64,000 bases of DNA, taken from assembly GCF_009914755.1 (NCBI RefSeq), contig NC_060947.1. One strand, given 5' to 3'. The number at the start of each line of letters is the position of its first letter. Position 1 is the stretch's first letter. This DNA is from the human T2T-CHM13v2.0 reference genome, Homo sapiens. Below, in pieces: positions 47,966-61,479 of the stretch. Both the position numbers and the translations under genes were made by a program. Under the pieces are notes generated by a model. It worked only from the letters and a program-made list of their open reading frames with translations. It made no database searches and was not told the DNA's origin.

Positions 47966-49005
47966 TTAACTAATATTAAGTGTTTTGTTGTTAGTGGTAA
48001 AATGAGAGTTACTGTGTTAAGCTCTGGGGAAATAAAATTTAACAGGCCCTACTCCCTGTTCCTGAGGTGGTCACAATCTAAAGTTCTGAGAGATGGACAG
48101 AGGTGAATTAGGCTATAGTGTTCAAACCATATCTTAAGTCACTACACATATTAAGCCACCCTCTGGATAACAAATACAGTCATCACGTTTTGTCAGGGAA
48201 ACTATACAAGTTTCCATGTCCTGTCTTATTATCTTCATAACACACCTTGATTGGCATTCTTTTATTTTTAACCTAAATTTTTGATAATTCTTGGCAAAGA
48301 AGAAAACATTTAATACATAACAAAGTAAAACTCCGTGCCTGTATCTGTGATTTTAGGAAATAATTTAGTAGTATTACGAGATTTTCTTCAGGCAATGCAG
48401 ACTCCTCTCAATTAATTTGAAATTAAAGGTTGTGTCATGTACTTTGAAAGAAGAAGTTATTCTTAGATCTTTACTGAGGCTATATGTTACATATATTAGT
48501 TAAATGTCCAGAATATGTGAGAATAGTTATTTTATTTCATGAATGGGCACCTGTGCTTCTTTTCTCTATCAGTGCTTTTTAGTTTTATTATTTATTAACT
48601 CTTGCCATTCCTCTTCTCTCTCTATTTGCTCATCCCACAAATATAGAACTCCTTTGAAATTAAAAACAGAAGACATTAAAAATTATATGTGAAGGCACCA
48701 ATGCGTATGGAAATTTTAGATAAGATGAATCTGGGGTAGGGTAAAAGCAGAGGTCTAAGACGGATGAGATGTTGGGAGTAGATCTTTCTGCAGAACCACT
48801 TTCAGAGCAATACAGAAAACTGAGTACTTTCAGGCCTTGAACTATACTCTCTTACATTTTCTATAGGGAAAGAAGACAAATGTTTCCCTCCAGAACCACT
48901 GTTCTGATACATTCTCATATGCTGGAGCAAAGCTAAGGTCATTAGGCAGGGGATTGGAATTGCTGATCCAATTGTTCTCAGCCATTCCCTAAAGAAAATT
49001 ATTAA

Positions 49006-49038
<33 letters not shown>

Positions 49039-49061
49039 CCTGGAAAGAGTCCTGTGAATAT

Positions 49062-49215
49062 TTTTAAAATTTATACATAATATTTTACATATTTATGGGG
49101 TAACATGTGGTTACTTTTTATATCCATAGAATGTATAATGGTCGAGTCAGGCTGTTTGGGGTATCCATCACCTTGAATATTTATCCTTTCTGTGTTGCTA
49201 ATAGGTCAAGTCCTG
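49062..49215 (-). mobile_element. L1MA 3' end fragment
   Basis: TACATATTTATGGGGTA..CATAGAATGTATAATG..GGGGTATCCATCACC. Confidence 0.75.
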
Positions 49216-49669
49216 AGAATTAAGTAAACGAAGACATTTAAAACAGATAAAATAATAGTTAACATATTCTGTGTTCTCAAAAAATGCCAGATGTTGTTTT
49301 TGTTGTTATTAATGTTGTCCTTGTAACCGTATCATTTGGGAATATCTGCCTGAGAGGAATAAGAAGGTGTAGCTTATGAACCTCATCATAATGTTTAAAT
49401 GTATCATTTAAATCAATGATATTTTGTGTCATTGATTTTACAGTTCATCTAGGGCCATATCCTCATGGTACATGCACATATTACTGCAATTACATGTAAC
49501 ATAGCTCTCAGTAAACTAAACACATTTCCATTTGTTTAATTGAGAATCAAAGGCCTTTTCCTTTAAATATGACTAAGGTCTATCTGAAACAAAATTTTCT
49601 ACAATTGTCAGCATTTTAGAAATTAATTCCTTAAAATTCACTCAGAATTACTAAAACAAGTGAAGTTTT

Positions 49670-49822
49670 TAGTTATTAGTGCTGTACCAATGTTAATTTA
49701 TTAGTTTTTGATAAATGTATTATAGTTATGTAGTGTGTTAACCATTAGAAGAAACTGGGTGAAGAGTATATGGCAACTCTGGACTATCTTCACAGATTTT
49801 CTATAAATCTAAAAGTATTTCA
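49670..49822 (+). mobile_element. Old L1MC/ME 3' end (host of the L1PB insertion; resumes at 51246)
   Basis: TGTACCAATGTTAATT..GAAACTGGGTGAAG..CTATAAATCTAAAAGTATTTCA|AAATAAAAAG. Confidence 0.75.
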
Positions 49823-51245
49823 TGTCTTTTGCCCACTTTTTAATGGAGTTGTTTGTTTTTTGTTTGTACATTTGTTTACTTTCCTTGTAAAGTACGGATA
49901 TTAGACCTTTGTCAGATGTATAGTTTGCAAATATTTTCTTCCATTCTGTAGGTTGCCTGTTTACTCTATTGATAGGTTTTTTTGTTCTGTTTTGTTTTGT
50001 TTTGTTTTGTTTTGTTTTGCTGTGAAGACACTCTTCAGTTTAATTAGGTTTCATTTGTCAATTTTTGCTTTTGTTGCAATTGCTTTGGATGTTTTTGTCA
50101 TGAAATCTTTGCCAGTTCCTAGGTCCAAAAAGGTATTTCCTAGAGGAAATATATGTGGCCAAAATACACAGGAAAAAAATGCTTAACATCAATGCAAATC
50201 AAAACCACAATGAGATATCATCTCACACCAGTCAGAATGGCCATTATTAGAACCTCAAAAAATTACAGATGTTGGTGAGATTGTGGAAAAAAGGAGCACT
50301 TTTTCTACACAGTTATTGGGTGTGTAAATTAGTTTAACCATTGTGGAAAGCAGTATGGCGATTCCTCAAAGAGCTAAAAACAGAACTATCATTCAACCCA
50401 GCAATCCCACTACTGGGTATATATACCCCAAGGAATATAAATCATTCTACCATAAAGACACATGCATGGGTATGTTCATTGCAAAACTATTCACAATCGC
50501 AAAGATATGGAAGCAACCTTAATGCCCATCTATGGTAGACTGGATAAAGAAAATATGGTACGTATATACCATAGAGTACTATGCAGCCTTTAATAGGAAT
50601 GAGATCATGTCATTTGTTGGAATATAGATGGAACTAGAGGCCAGTATCCTTAGCCTACTAACACAGAAACAGAAAACCAAATATCACATGTCCTCACATA
50701 TAAGTAGGAGCTAAATAGTGGAAGTGTATAGACAAAAAGAGGGGAACTACAGACAGTGGGGTCTACTTGAGGGAAGAGGTTGGGCAGAGGGAGAGGTTCA
50801 GAAAAAAATATTGTCAATAGTATGTTTAGTACCAGGTGATGAAACAATCTGTACACCAAACCCCTGAGTCATGAGTTTACCTATATAAAAACCTGAGCAT
50901 GGGCCGGGTGCGGTGGCTCACGCCTGTAATCCTAGCACTTTGGGAGGCCAAGGCGGGTGGATCAGTTGAGGCCAGTACGTGACCAGCATGGCCAATGTGG
51001 TGAAACCCTGTCTCTACTAAAAATACAAAAATTAGCCGGGCATAGTGGCCTGTAACAGTAATCCCAGCTACTCAGGAGGCTGAAGCAGGAGAATTGCTTA
51101 AACTCAGGGGGGCAGAGGTTGCAGTGTGCTGAGATCGCACCACTGCCCTCCAGCCTGGGCAACAGAGCGAGACACCGTCTCAAAATAAAAAACAAAAAAC
51201 ACCGGAGCACGTACCCCTAAACATAATTAAAGTTAAATATTTTTC
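49823..51245 (+). mobile_element. L1PB-like 5'-inverted (twin-primed) insertion with TSD, containing an Alu
   Basis: Reverse segment ~49823-50143, forward segment 50144-51245 running to the L1PB 3' end; TSD AAAAGTATTTCA at 49811-49822 and 51246-51257. Confidence 0.88.
50902..51200 (+). mobile_element. AluS
   Basis: GGCCGGGTGCGGTGGCTCACGCC..A-rich tail, inside the L1PB 3' UTR. Confidence 0.95.
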
Positions 51246-51534
51246 AAAAGTATTTCAAAATAAAAAGTATTTTTAGAAAAAAAAAAGCACATTCTGATTT
51301 TGTTCCCAGCCCCTGTGCCTGACATAAATATTCAATAAATAAATGTTTATGGAATAAATTGAAGTATATTTTATTTTTTTTTTTAATTCACACTCCTCTC
51401 CCTCTTTTCTCTTTTTTTGGGAGGTACTCCCTACCTATTCTTTTGATCTCTGAGAGACAAGAAGGTAGGTAATCATCCAGTGCCTATCAGGACTCAGGAT
51501 GGTTCACTATAGCACCCTCCACCACCAAAGCTTG

Positions 51535-51755
51535 GTATATAAGTTTGGGTTTTAAAACCACACACACAGATCCAAATTTTAGCTCCAACTTTTTTTTTTT
51601 ATAAATATGGCAACACATTCAACCTCTCTGAGACTCAGTTTGCACTATCTATAAAGATAGGAATTGTATTTGCTTAGCAGAACTGACATGAGAATCAAAT
51701 AAGATATCAAATGCTTGGTACATAGTAGGTAACAAAATAATTGTTAGTTTCCTTT
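51535..51755 (+). mobile_element. MIR SINE
   Basis: AACCTCTCTGAGACTCAGTTT..CTATAA..ATGCTTGGTACATAGTAGG. Confidence 0.7.
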
Positions 51756-51993
51756 CTTATGTGTTTTTTATCGATTCCAGAGAGGTGACTTCATCCCTGA
51801 GGAGGAGGAATGACTGTTATTTATTATGAAGCTGGAACATGACAGCATGAATCTTTGGGAAACACTGGCTTTTTCTGCCCAGCATCGCAAAGGGAATGTC
51901 AGTCTTTCAGCATACCCAAGTATTTGTGTCCAATAAGGAAAACTAGTCAAGCAAAATCAGAAGAGTCTTCAGTGCTCTTGGCCTCTGTTTGTC

Positions 51994-52131
51994 CATTCAT
52001 TCATTCATTCATTCATTCATCCAAATTCTCTCCACTTGAATGTCTGCTGTGTGCAGACAAGGGGCTATGTGCTGGGACTAAATGATGATCAAACAGACTT
52101 GGCCACTGCCCTCACAGAGGTTGCAGTGTAA
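51994..52131 (-). mobile_element. L2 3' end
   Basis: (CATT)n tail followed by TGTGCAGAC..TGTGCTGGG..CTGCCCTCACAGAG. Confidence 0.75.
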
Positions 52132-52135
52132 CCTC

Positions 52136-52491
52136 TGTGATATAAGACTTGTGCATCCCTCTCCCAAATTTATATGTCAGAGGCCTAAGCCTTTGTACCT
52201 CAAAATGTGGAAGTATTTGGAGATAGGGCCTTTAAGTAGGTAATTAAGTTAAAATAAGGCCATTGGGTTGGACCCTGACCCAATCTGCCTGGTGTCCTTA
52301 CATGAAGAGGAAACTTGGACACACAATGAAGCACCAGGAATGTGTGCAGAGGAAAAGCAATCCAGGTATAGAGAGAAGGTGTTATCTACAAGCCAAGGAG
52401 AGAGGCTTCAGGAGAAGCTAAACCTACCAGCTTGATTGATCTTGGACTTCTAGCCTCCACAACTTTAAAAAAATAAATTTCTGTTGTTTAA
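52136..52491 (+). mobile_element. MLT1B-like LTR lacking its U5 end and followed by an A-rich tract
   Basis: TATTTGGAGATAGGGCCTTTAA..CAAGCCAAGGAGAGAGGC..TTGGACTTCTAGCCTCCA..AATAAATTTCTGTTGTTTAA. Confidence 0.88.
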
Positions 52492-52524
52492 ACAAACAAA
52501 CAAAAAAGCAAAACAAACATGGGC

Positions 52525-52690
52525 AGAGATTCATCTAATGATTTGGGACAATTTTAAAAATACAGATTCCTAGGCCTCGTGCCAAATCTAATAAATTCAA
52601 ATCTCAGAAGTGGGACATAAGATCCCTATTTTTAGCAAGACTCTCGGGTGTTACTTGTTCTTATCAAAGTCCCGGAGGCATCACCTTGTT
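52525..52690. mobile_element. MER5A-like MITE
   Basis: TTAAAAATACAGATTCCTAGGCC..AATTCAAATCTC..TTTTAGCAAG. Confidence 0.6.
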
Positions 52691-53763
52691 TAAGATAATT
52701 TAATTCTATTAAAAAGAACCTATTTTCTCAATTCTCCCAAGGATGCCGGCACCATTCTAGATACGTAGGAGAAAACTTTATCCTTTACATACAATTACTA
52801 TCTCAAGGCCATAGGGCTTAGTTATTTTGAGAAATACTCATTGAGATTGGGTACTATAATGCAAAATATATGACATAGTAATCATTTTTAATGAATTATC
52901 CAAACAGTAACAATATTAAAGTTACTAACCAGCATTTTGATTTTGGCTTTGCTATTAACCAGACATATATCCATGGGAAAGTCACCAAACCACTTTTAAC
53001 TTATCTTGCCTTCTGAAATATCAGTGAAATTAACAAATGGCCATGAATACATTTTCTAAATGTAATCACTTGTAAAATGGGAGAAATAAAAGTAATTGTC
53101 TCAACATGCTTTAAGTTCCAAGTTACATAATGGATAATAGTGTTTTTCTTAAAATCCTATTACATAGTAAGAGTCTAATAATTGTTGTGTATTATTTTTG
53201 TCTCTTATTTATGCTATAGTTCTGCAAAAGATATTTGGTACGTTAAGTCTGCCCAGGAGTGACTATTACATACTAAAACCAGAAAGTTATCTTAGAAGTG
53301 GTAACTAAGTTTTTGTTTTTCAAGTTAGATATACCTGCCTGTTTTTGTTTCCGTGCTTTTTGTCAGACAAGGCCAAAAGTTAGAGCTTCCAAGACAATAA
53401 TAAACTTTCTCATCAAGTTCAAAACTCTCAAAACAGATTAAAACTACTCTCTCCCTACCTATATATTACAATACTCACAGAACTTTGATGTTTATCATAA
53501 AGACCCTTATTTTTGGTGTTTTGTGTCAATTTTTTCTCTTCCCATGATAAAGGCACATTTGTACCACCAAGTGGGCCTTGTTTTCAGTTAAACAAAAGAG
53601 CTCATGTTATGTCCTTGATGTCTGTCTTCAGTCTCACAGCTGTATAAAATGCTGACTATGTCAAAGCACATTATCAGAGCTTTGATAATTAAGTAAAAAA
53701 TGTTCAATAGAGTTGTCACCTACTCTTATTTGTTTGCTTTGTTTTAAATATTTGGATAGCATC

Positions 53764-54137
53764 AGAGTCAGAGTTCTCTACAACTAGAGTCAGAGTTCTC
53801 CAGAAATAGAATCAATAGGATGTGTATATGTGTAGAAAAAGATTTATGGTAAGGAATTGGCTCATGTCAATTTGGTGCCTAGCAAATCCGAATCTGAAGT
53901 GTGGGCCAAAGGTTGGAGACTCAGGAAAGCCAATGGTGCAGATGAAGTCTGAAGGCAGTCTGCTGGAGAATTATATTGCTCCAGGACGCTGGTCTTTCTG
54001 TTCTATTCAGGCCTTCAACAAATTGGATGAGGCCCACCCACATTATGGAGAGCAATCTGCTAACTCGAAGTTCACTTATTTAAATGTTAATCTCATTCAA
54101 AAACACCCTCCAAGTTGACACAAAATTAACCATCACA
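53764..54137 (-). mobile_element. MLT2 (ERVL) LTR
   Basis: GTTCTCCAGAAATAGAATCAATAGGA..GGAATTGGCTCA..TATTCAGGCCTTCAAC..GGATGAGGCCCACCCACATT..AAATTAACCATCACA. Confidence 0.88.
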
Positions 54138-54289
54138 GATGGTATGTAATAGAAAATACAATGTGCAACATCTATTTTAAAGCAATATGTAACACACAAT
54201 TTTGTAATAGAAAGCTTTAGATTCCTTAATTCTTATTTCTTGTTTTATTCTTGACTTTTTGCATGATGAAGATCAAATCATATGCACTT

Positions 54290-54645
54290 TTGAGAGTCCT
54301 GAGATACAGAGGAATATTTAAAGTTAGTGGCCTGAGAATGAGATTACTTATAAACACAGAAACAGAAAAGAATAGATCTGGGACCTGAGCTCTAAAACAT
54401 CTCATCACTTAGAGGTAAAGAAGTCACAGCAAAGTTGACTGAAGCAACAGCAAATGAGGTAGTAGGACAAAATAAGACTATGCAGTGACCTGGTTGCCAA
54501 ATAGTGTTTCAGGAGGGAAGTGATCAATAGTGTCAAATGCTGTGAAGGTAAAGATGGGGACTGAATAATGGCCACTGGATTTAATAATGTGAGCAGAACT
54601 AATAGCCTTAACAGAGCAGTTTCTGTGAGTGGTGAGAATGAGAGA
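54290..54645 (-). mobile_element. L2 fragment
   Basis: GTGTTTCAGGAGGGAAGTGATCAA..TGTCAAATGCTG..GGCCACTGGATTTA..GAGCAGTTTCTGTG. Confidence 0.65.
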
Positions 54646-54683
54646 ATTGTGTTGCCATCAGACGTTAGGACAGTTGGTCTTAC

Positions 54684-54686
<3 letters not shown>

Positions 54687-54770
<84 letters not shown>

Positions 54771-54788
54771 TATATATACATATATATA
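54687..54788. repeat. Long perfect (TA)n followed by (CA)n
   Basis: About 26 TA units, then a CA run. Confidence 0.97.
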
Positions 54789-55070
54789 CTTTATTTTTCA
54801 AGTAAATTTTTGATTCATAAAAAATTTGAGTAGAAAGTACAGAGAATTCCCATATACTCCCTCCCCACCAATGCACAGCTTCTCTTCACTGACAATATCC
54901 CACACCAGAGTGGTACATTTGTTACAATCAATGAACTTACATTGATTCATCACCACCTAAATTTCATAGTTTACATTAGGGTTCACTCTTACTCTTGTAC
55001 ATTCCATGGATTTGGATAAATGCATAATCTCCTTTGTAATATCATGCAAAATAGTTTTATTACCCCAACA
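54789..55070 (-). mobile_element. L1MC1/2-like 3' end
   Basis: GAAAGTACAGAGAATTCCCATATAC..CACCAGAGTGGTACATTTGTTACAATCAATGAAC..TTTACATTAGGGTTCACTCTT. Confidence 0.85.
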
Positions 55071-55277
55071 TTTTAGAAAGTATGAACCAGAAATGTATTA
55101 CTGAGGATTTAGAACATGGGCTGATAGAATGTCATCTATTCATTTTCTCCTTGCTTTTATCATGTTTGCTGTAGTCACACAACCTTCATATATTTCCATG
55201 CTTAATCATTCTGCTTGACTTCCTGGCTCATGTGGCTACAGTTTATAAATAGTTTGTTCAAAGTTCTCTAAGAGTAG

Positions 55278-55931
<654 letters not shown>

Positions 55932-56255
55932 ACTAGTGATTGGCTCAGGAAAACTCCAGGAGTCTATAGGATGCGTCAGTCAGAAGATGAAATTTTCAGT
56001 TGGTTAAGGTAAGACCTATGTATGAATGAGACTCCACTTAATACCAGTGTACTGGTTTAAAATAAAAATCTGACATCAATGCTTTCCTTAAAGGAAGAGG
56101 GTATGAAAATATGGTACTGAAACTAAATAATACCAAATAACTTTGAGAATGTTTTTACCAACAATACATTGTATAGGATAATTATATATTTTAGTGCTAC
56201 GAATAGAATTGAATCTGGAGGTGGGTATTGACTGATGAGTGAAAGGCTCTGAAAG

Positions 56256-58215
56256 TGGTATGGGATCTCTGGGGTGTCACTTTCCTGATTGGAAACCTCT
56301 GTGCAGCTGCTGCAGTAGGGTAGGCAGCTCCAGGTGTGAGCACAGGTGCCGGCTCTATGTAACTCTATGGCTGGATCAGGCACACTACATGCAGCTTCCA
56401 CAGCTGGCACTGGGGAACATGGTGGCACCTGGAAGCTTGGAGAACTGCAGAGTCCAAAGGAGGGAGTCACAGATCTGGCTCAGGAGCCCCAGTTCTGGGC
56501 TACCTGAAGGGCTGCAGCTCTTCTCTCCTCTTCACCCACAATGTGGCAAGCAAGGGGCCTGTCTCAACCCTGTTTGCATTATAGCTCTTTTAGCCTTGCC
56601 ATTTGGTGGGTTCCAAGTTCTTGTCCTGTGACCAGGAAAAATGAGGTACACAGACAAGTAGAGGGTGAACAAGAGGAAGAGGTGCTTTATTGAGTGATAG
56701 AAGAGCTCAGAGGAGACCCGCAGTAGATAGTTCCTTTCCACAGCCAAGGTTTCCTGATAAGTGTTCAGCTCCTAGCAGAGAGGAGACCCTGGAGTGGGAA
56801 GCTCCTCTCAGAGGGGAGACCCTGGAATGGGAAGCTCCTCACTGCAGGCAGGTCATCCTGTCGTCTCTGCAGCTCTCAGCAGAGAGAAGGCCCTGCAGTT
56901 GGTTGTTCCTCTCTGCAGGCAGGTTGTCTTGTCATCTTTCCAGCTCTCAGCAGAGAGGAGGCCTTGGAGTGGGTAGCTCCTCTCTGCAGCTGGTTGTCCT
57001 GACATCTGCTCTGCTCTGCTTGAGCCTGAGGCTTTTATGGGCCTTGGACAGGAGAAAGTGCACACTGATTGGTCCATGGGTGACCACGGGTGGGCCCAGA
57101 AAAGGCACCACAAGTTCCCACTCTGCTCTGGGTGACTAGCATCCTGGCCCCCAGTCTTCAGGTTCTCCCTGGCCTGAAGGTAGGACCTCAATGGGTACCT
57201 GGCCCCTTCTGCCCAGGAGCCCATACACTTCCTGCTGCAGTCCATGGTGCCCAGGCTTCTTGCCTCAAGGGGCACCTGCAGGCCAGTGCTAAGATGCTCT
57301 CAGTCCCCCCTTGGCTCCCTCCAACGGTGTTAATTGGTGCCCAAAGTCTGGAGGGAACTGAGGTGGCCAGGGGCTGGCATGTCAGAACTTCCTCCAGTGT
57401 GTGCACCCCTATTTGGTCTGTGATGGTGCCTGGGATTGGCCCTATGTTGCTCTGAGATCAGAGCAGGCATTGACAGTGGAGAGAAGCCAGGCAGTGGGAG
57501 CAGGCACTTCCAAGTCTGCAAGGGCAGGAGATGGCTTTCCTGGGCCCCCAATCCAGATTTGGGCGGCTGCACCTGTGCCTGGGATGGTGGGGCTTCTGCC
57601 TGCTCTCAGTTTCCACAGGCTCTGTGGAGCACACAGCCCCAGCTGCACCTACTTGCAGCCTGGGGTCGGAGCTCAAGGTCCTCACTAGGCTCAGTCTGGG
57701 ATCCAGGGCAGGTGCAATATCTGCACAAGCTTCCCCCATTGCCCTGGTGCTCAGGGGTGGCCCGGGGAAGAGCAAATCGAGACCCCAGGCCCAGCAGTCA
57801 GGAGTGTTAGCTCAGCGGTCACCCTGACACAGGGTGGACCTCAGGGATGTGGCCCCAGGAGGTCCCACGGAGAGCCTCCTCCCAAGGCACAGGAACCTGG
57901 CACCCTTGGCAGGGTGGGCAGTGTGTCTGTGGGCACCAAAAGTGGGCACCACTCCCACTTTCTGCCACGGGCCCCCAAAGCAGGGCCCCAGCTCTGTGCC
58001 TGGTGCCTGGCCCCTGCATTCAGTGTGCAAGTGCAGCACCGCCCCGGGCCCAGCTTTGCTTCGGGACCCCACTCTGCCTGACCTCACTGCTCCCCTGTCA
58101 GTGGGCAACCTGGCCCCGTCCCATCACGGCAGCCCCCAGGGTGGATGACTGCAGGGATTTGGCCGACTCCTTCCTGTGCCCTCTCTGAAGTGGCCGAGGC
58201 TTGCCGCTGCCATCA
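56256..58215 (-). mobile_element. MER52-family (MER52D-sized) GC-rich solo LTR, ~1.96 kb
   Basis: TG...CA ends (..GCCGCTGCCATCA); 4-bp TSD AAAG at 56252-56255 and 58216-58219; repeated GGAGACCCTGGAGTGGG(T/A)AGCTCCTCTC units; AATAAA on the - strand at ~56686-56691. Confidence 0.88.
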
Positions 58216-58749
58216 AAAGGGCATCTGCATGGTTTCTTTTGTCACTGCTTTCTATTGTTCTCTGCTGTCTCTTAGGAGTGCAGCACATTTTAGTCATCCT
58301 TTGAAGCTATGACAGCTTCATGAAAACAATCTATTGAACTGACTGAATTTTATTCTGTCTTCCCTGGAGAATATCAGAGAAAGAATATATCTAAAAACCA
58401 TTCTGCAACACACACTTAATATAGAAATTAAAAGTTTGATAAAGTAATGAGCAGCTTGGGGGAAGAATGACACATTTGTCAACCTCTTCATGATTCTCTA
58501 GGATAGCAATGACATGCATAATTGGTGCTAAGCAGGGAGTGGAGGAGAGTGGATGGAAGAATAATTGATTCTTAATTTATTCCATTGGAACACCTTCAAT
58601 GCTGTATTTCCTTAAGTTGTACTAGAAATTTTCTATCATTTCTTTTTGAGTTGTTTAAAAGTCAAATAATTTAAAGAGTGTCTAGATAAATAACTTATAA
58701 GACAACAACTATTGGCAGCTTATTTCTCTGGCGGGTTTCTGAGGAGTTG

Positions 58750-58980
58750 AGTGGTGTGGAAAGAGCATCATCCTTGGAGCAGAAGGCTTGGTGTTGAGAA
58801 CTCAGTTTGCTACGTGTTAGACAAATTTAACTTGGACAAAGTCTCAACCCTTACTAAGACTCAGCTCTCTCATCTATAAAGTGAAAGTATTTCCCATGCT
58901 AATCTCACAAAACTATTATGAGAAACACATGAGGTGATGTGAGAGAAATCTATCTGTACGAGGTAAAGCACCACACAAAT
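58750..58980 (+). mobile_element. MIR SINE
   Basis: GTGGAAAGAGCA..TTGGAGCAGA..CTTGGACAAAGTC..CTCAGCTCTCTCATCTATAAA..GTAAAGCAC. Confidence 0.75.
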
Positions 58981-60274
58981 ACCCATTAAATAGATTTTAC
59001 ATTTTGGTATACAACAAGACAAAAATCTGACCAGGACACAGACCTAATTATCCTAGAACAAAATGAGGAAATTTAATTTAGATAGCAATGGTGCTTATCT
59101 TGTAATTTTTGTATTATTATTTCTTCTCTTCAAGGGCAAACAGATGACTTTCTTTGTGTATTATACTTATTCTGTTTGCTAATCTTTAATTTACATTCTC
59201 CTAAGGCAACAGTTACCTAACCTCTATAACTCATTGTTTAGACAACTGAATGACTTTCTTTCATCCTTGATTTTCTAATACTATCAGTACAATGTAATTG
59301 ATACACAGGGTTTGAGAAACAGTCTACTAATCAATGATAAGTCATACCAATAGTCACTGCCATTGTGTAAGGGAAGGTGATGCTTTGCCAAAATCCCTTG
59401 AAAGAGAAAAAGATACAGGGTTGGGCAACACTTCAAGGATCTTTCCTGCTGATGCTTTGGACTTCAGTCAAGAAAATATTTAAATCAGTCCCTAACACCA
59501 ATGGTAATTTAATTTTTATGGACCCACAGGGAAAGAGATTATGCACACACACACATATGAGTATAAAAACTTTTCAGTTATAATATTCTAAAGATCGGAA
59601 AATTATAATTTTCAAGCCTAAATTATACGAAAATCACAAGGCCATATATATTACTTTATTTTAATGAATATGTTGAAAGTGGAAGAATAGAAAGGGTGCT
59701 TTTGAAAAGAGGAAAGAGATCACAGAAATACAATTGAAAATGAATGAAGGGAAACAAAGGGGAGAACATTTGGTTTCATATCACAATGGGAGTCTAGCAG
59801 TGATGTGAACAGGAACACCCTGAATTTTCTACTTTTCCTTTCTTTGTACATGCTGTCTTGTGTTTTTGTGGTTCTTAAGTGAGAATGCTTGTCTTCCCCA
59901 GAAGTCTGAGCCACAGAAGATTCTAAAGATAGTAGCCAGTGCTCATTATGTCTAGGTCTAGCTCAACAGTGCTGGTGATACTGCTTCTACCTGCATCATA
60001 GAACTTGGTTACATTTTTCTTATATTTACATACTTAGAATTGTGCATCTTTGGCTAATCTCTAAACTTGTGGAGGCTGAACAGTGTGTTTTATTCTGTTT
60101 ATATCCCTTATTACGCTAACTCAGCCTTATGTATATAAAATATTCACAGAAATTTCCTGGAAAAATGGCCTTGAGACAAGATATATCTATGCGGTTAAAA
60201 TATGAGCTTGGAGATCAACTTTACAGAAGAGGATGTGAAGGAGCCCAGTATTCTGAGGAGAGCCTGCATCAGGA

Positions 60275-60625
60275 TGTCAGGTGATGCTGTGCCCTTCTCT
60301 GCATCCTGTCAGGAAGAGGTGCAGAAAGACTGTCTCATTACTGGCAATGTGAACTTAAATCAGGTGGGTAAGTTGCTGTCTGCCACATTCTTCTACTGTA
60401 AAGTTACCATTTTTCACATTATGTTAATCTGTATTTTGTGGGGAGATACTTTGAGCCTGGGCAAATATACCTTTTTTGTCATACTCTCTTCTATTAAATT
60501 TACCATCCAATGATGATTTTCTGGGTTTTACTTAATAGATATTTTCTGTTTCCATAATTTCATCCTCATTTATTAATAAGAATTTTACAGTTAGCAAGTG
60601 CTGTCTCCTAGTCACTATTTATTAT
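60275..60625 (-). mobile_element. Old L1MC/ME 3' fragment
   Basis: TCTCATTACTGGCAATGT..CTGTAAAGTTACCATTTTTC..TTTTGTGGGGAGATACTTTGAG. Confidence 0.7.
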
Positions 60626-61111
60626 ATGGTTTGGTTTCAAGAAGGGTGAACATTGGAATGCATCAAACATGTTAGAAAGGCCAACTTTATAAAAATATTG
60701 TGTCAAATGCTTGTAATAACTTACTGCCTTTGATTCTCTACATATGTATTAGTGTGTGGGTGTATGAGGGTAGCATATACAGGTGCCTTGGGCACATAGG
60801 TCCATTTGCTCTTGAAATCATGATGGACAAAAAAAGAAATTAAAGTCACGGGTTTGATATATCCAAAGGGAAGTACAACTAAATAATGCAGACCTGCTAC
60901 TGGGTGACATCATGTAACATGATGAGAGAGGCTAATTCAGAATATTGTATCACCACATAGTCAATAGACAAAACAAAACAAAACCAAGGAACAATTTTGA
61001 GGGAAAATTGGATAAATTGTGGGTTCTCAGAAAACCTTTCTTTGAGTTCATTTTTATTTCATCTCTAAAGTAGTGAATAATATTGAGTCTAGGTCTTTCT
61101 TCCATAGGTAC

Positions 61112-61479
61112 TGATATGGTTTGGCTATGTCCCCACCCAAATCTCACCTTGAATTGTAACTCCCACAATTCCCACATGTCATGGGAGGAACCCGGTGGGA
61201 GATAATTGAATCATGGGGGCGGGCCGGTCTTTTTTGTGCTGTTCTCGTGATAGTGAGTAAGTCTCACAAGATCTGATGGTTTTAAAAACAGGAGTTTCCC
61301 TGCACAAGCTCTCTCTCTTGTCTGCTGCCATCCACATAAGATGTGACTTGCTCCTTCGTGGCTTCTACCATGATTGTGAAGCCTCCCCAGCCATATGGAA
61401 CTGTAAGTCTATTAAACCTCTTTTTTTTCCCAGTCTCAGGTATGTGTCTTTATCAGCAGTTTTACAACAGACTAATACA
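61112..61479 (+). mobile_element. THE1A-like solo LTR
   Basis: TGATATGGTTTGGCT..AAAAACAGGAGTTTCCCTGCACAAGC..GACTAATACA; perfect 5-bp TSD GGTAC at 61107-61111 and 61480-61484. Confidence 0.93.

Noticed and set aside
51750-51960. Strong-looking acceptor ..TTTTTTATCGATTCCAG at 51780
   Set aside because: No consensus donor or open frame follows; the pyrimidine tract overlaps the MIR end
56123-58188. Dense overlapping ORFs and a CpG-island-like region suggesting a gene
   Set aside because: Almost entirely within the MER52 LTR bounded by a TSD; high GC suppresses stop codons
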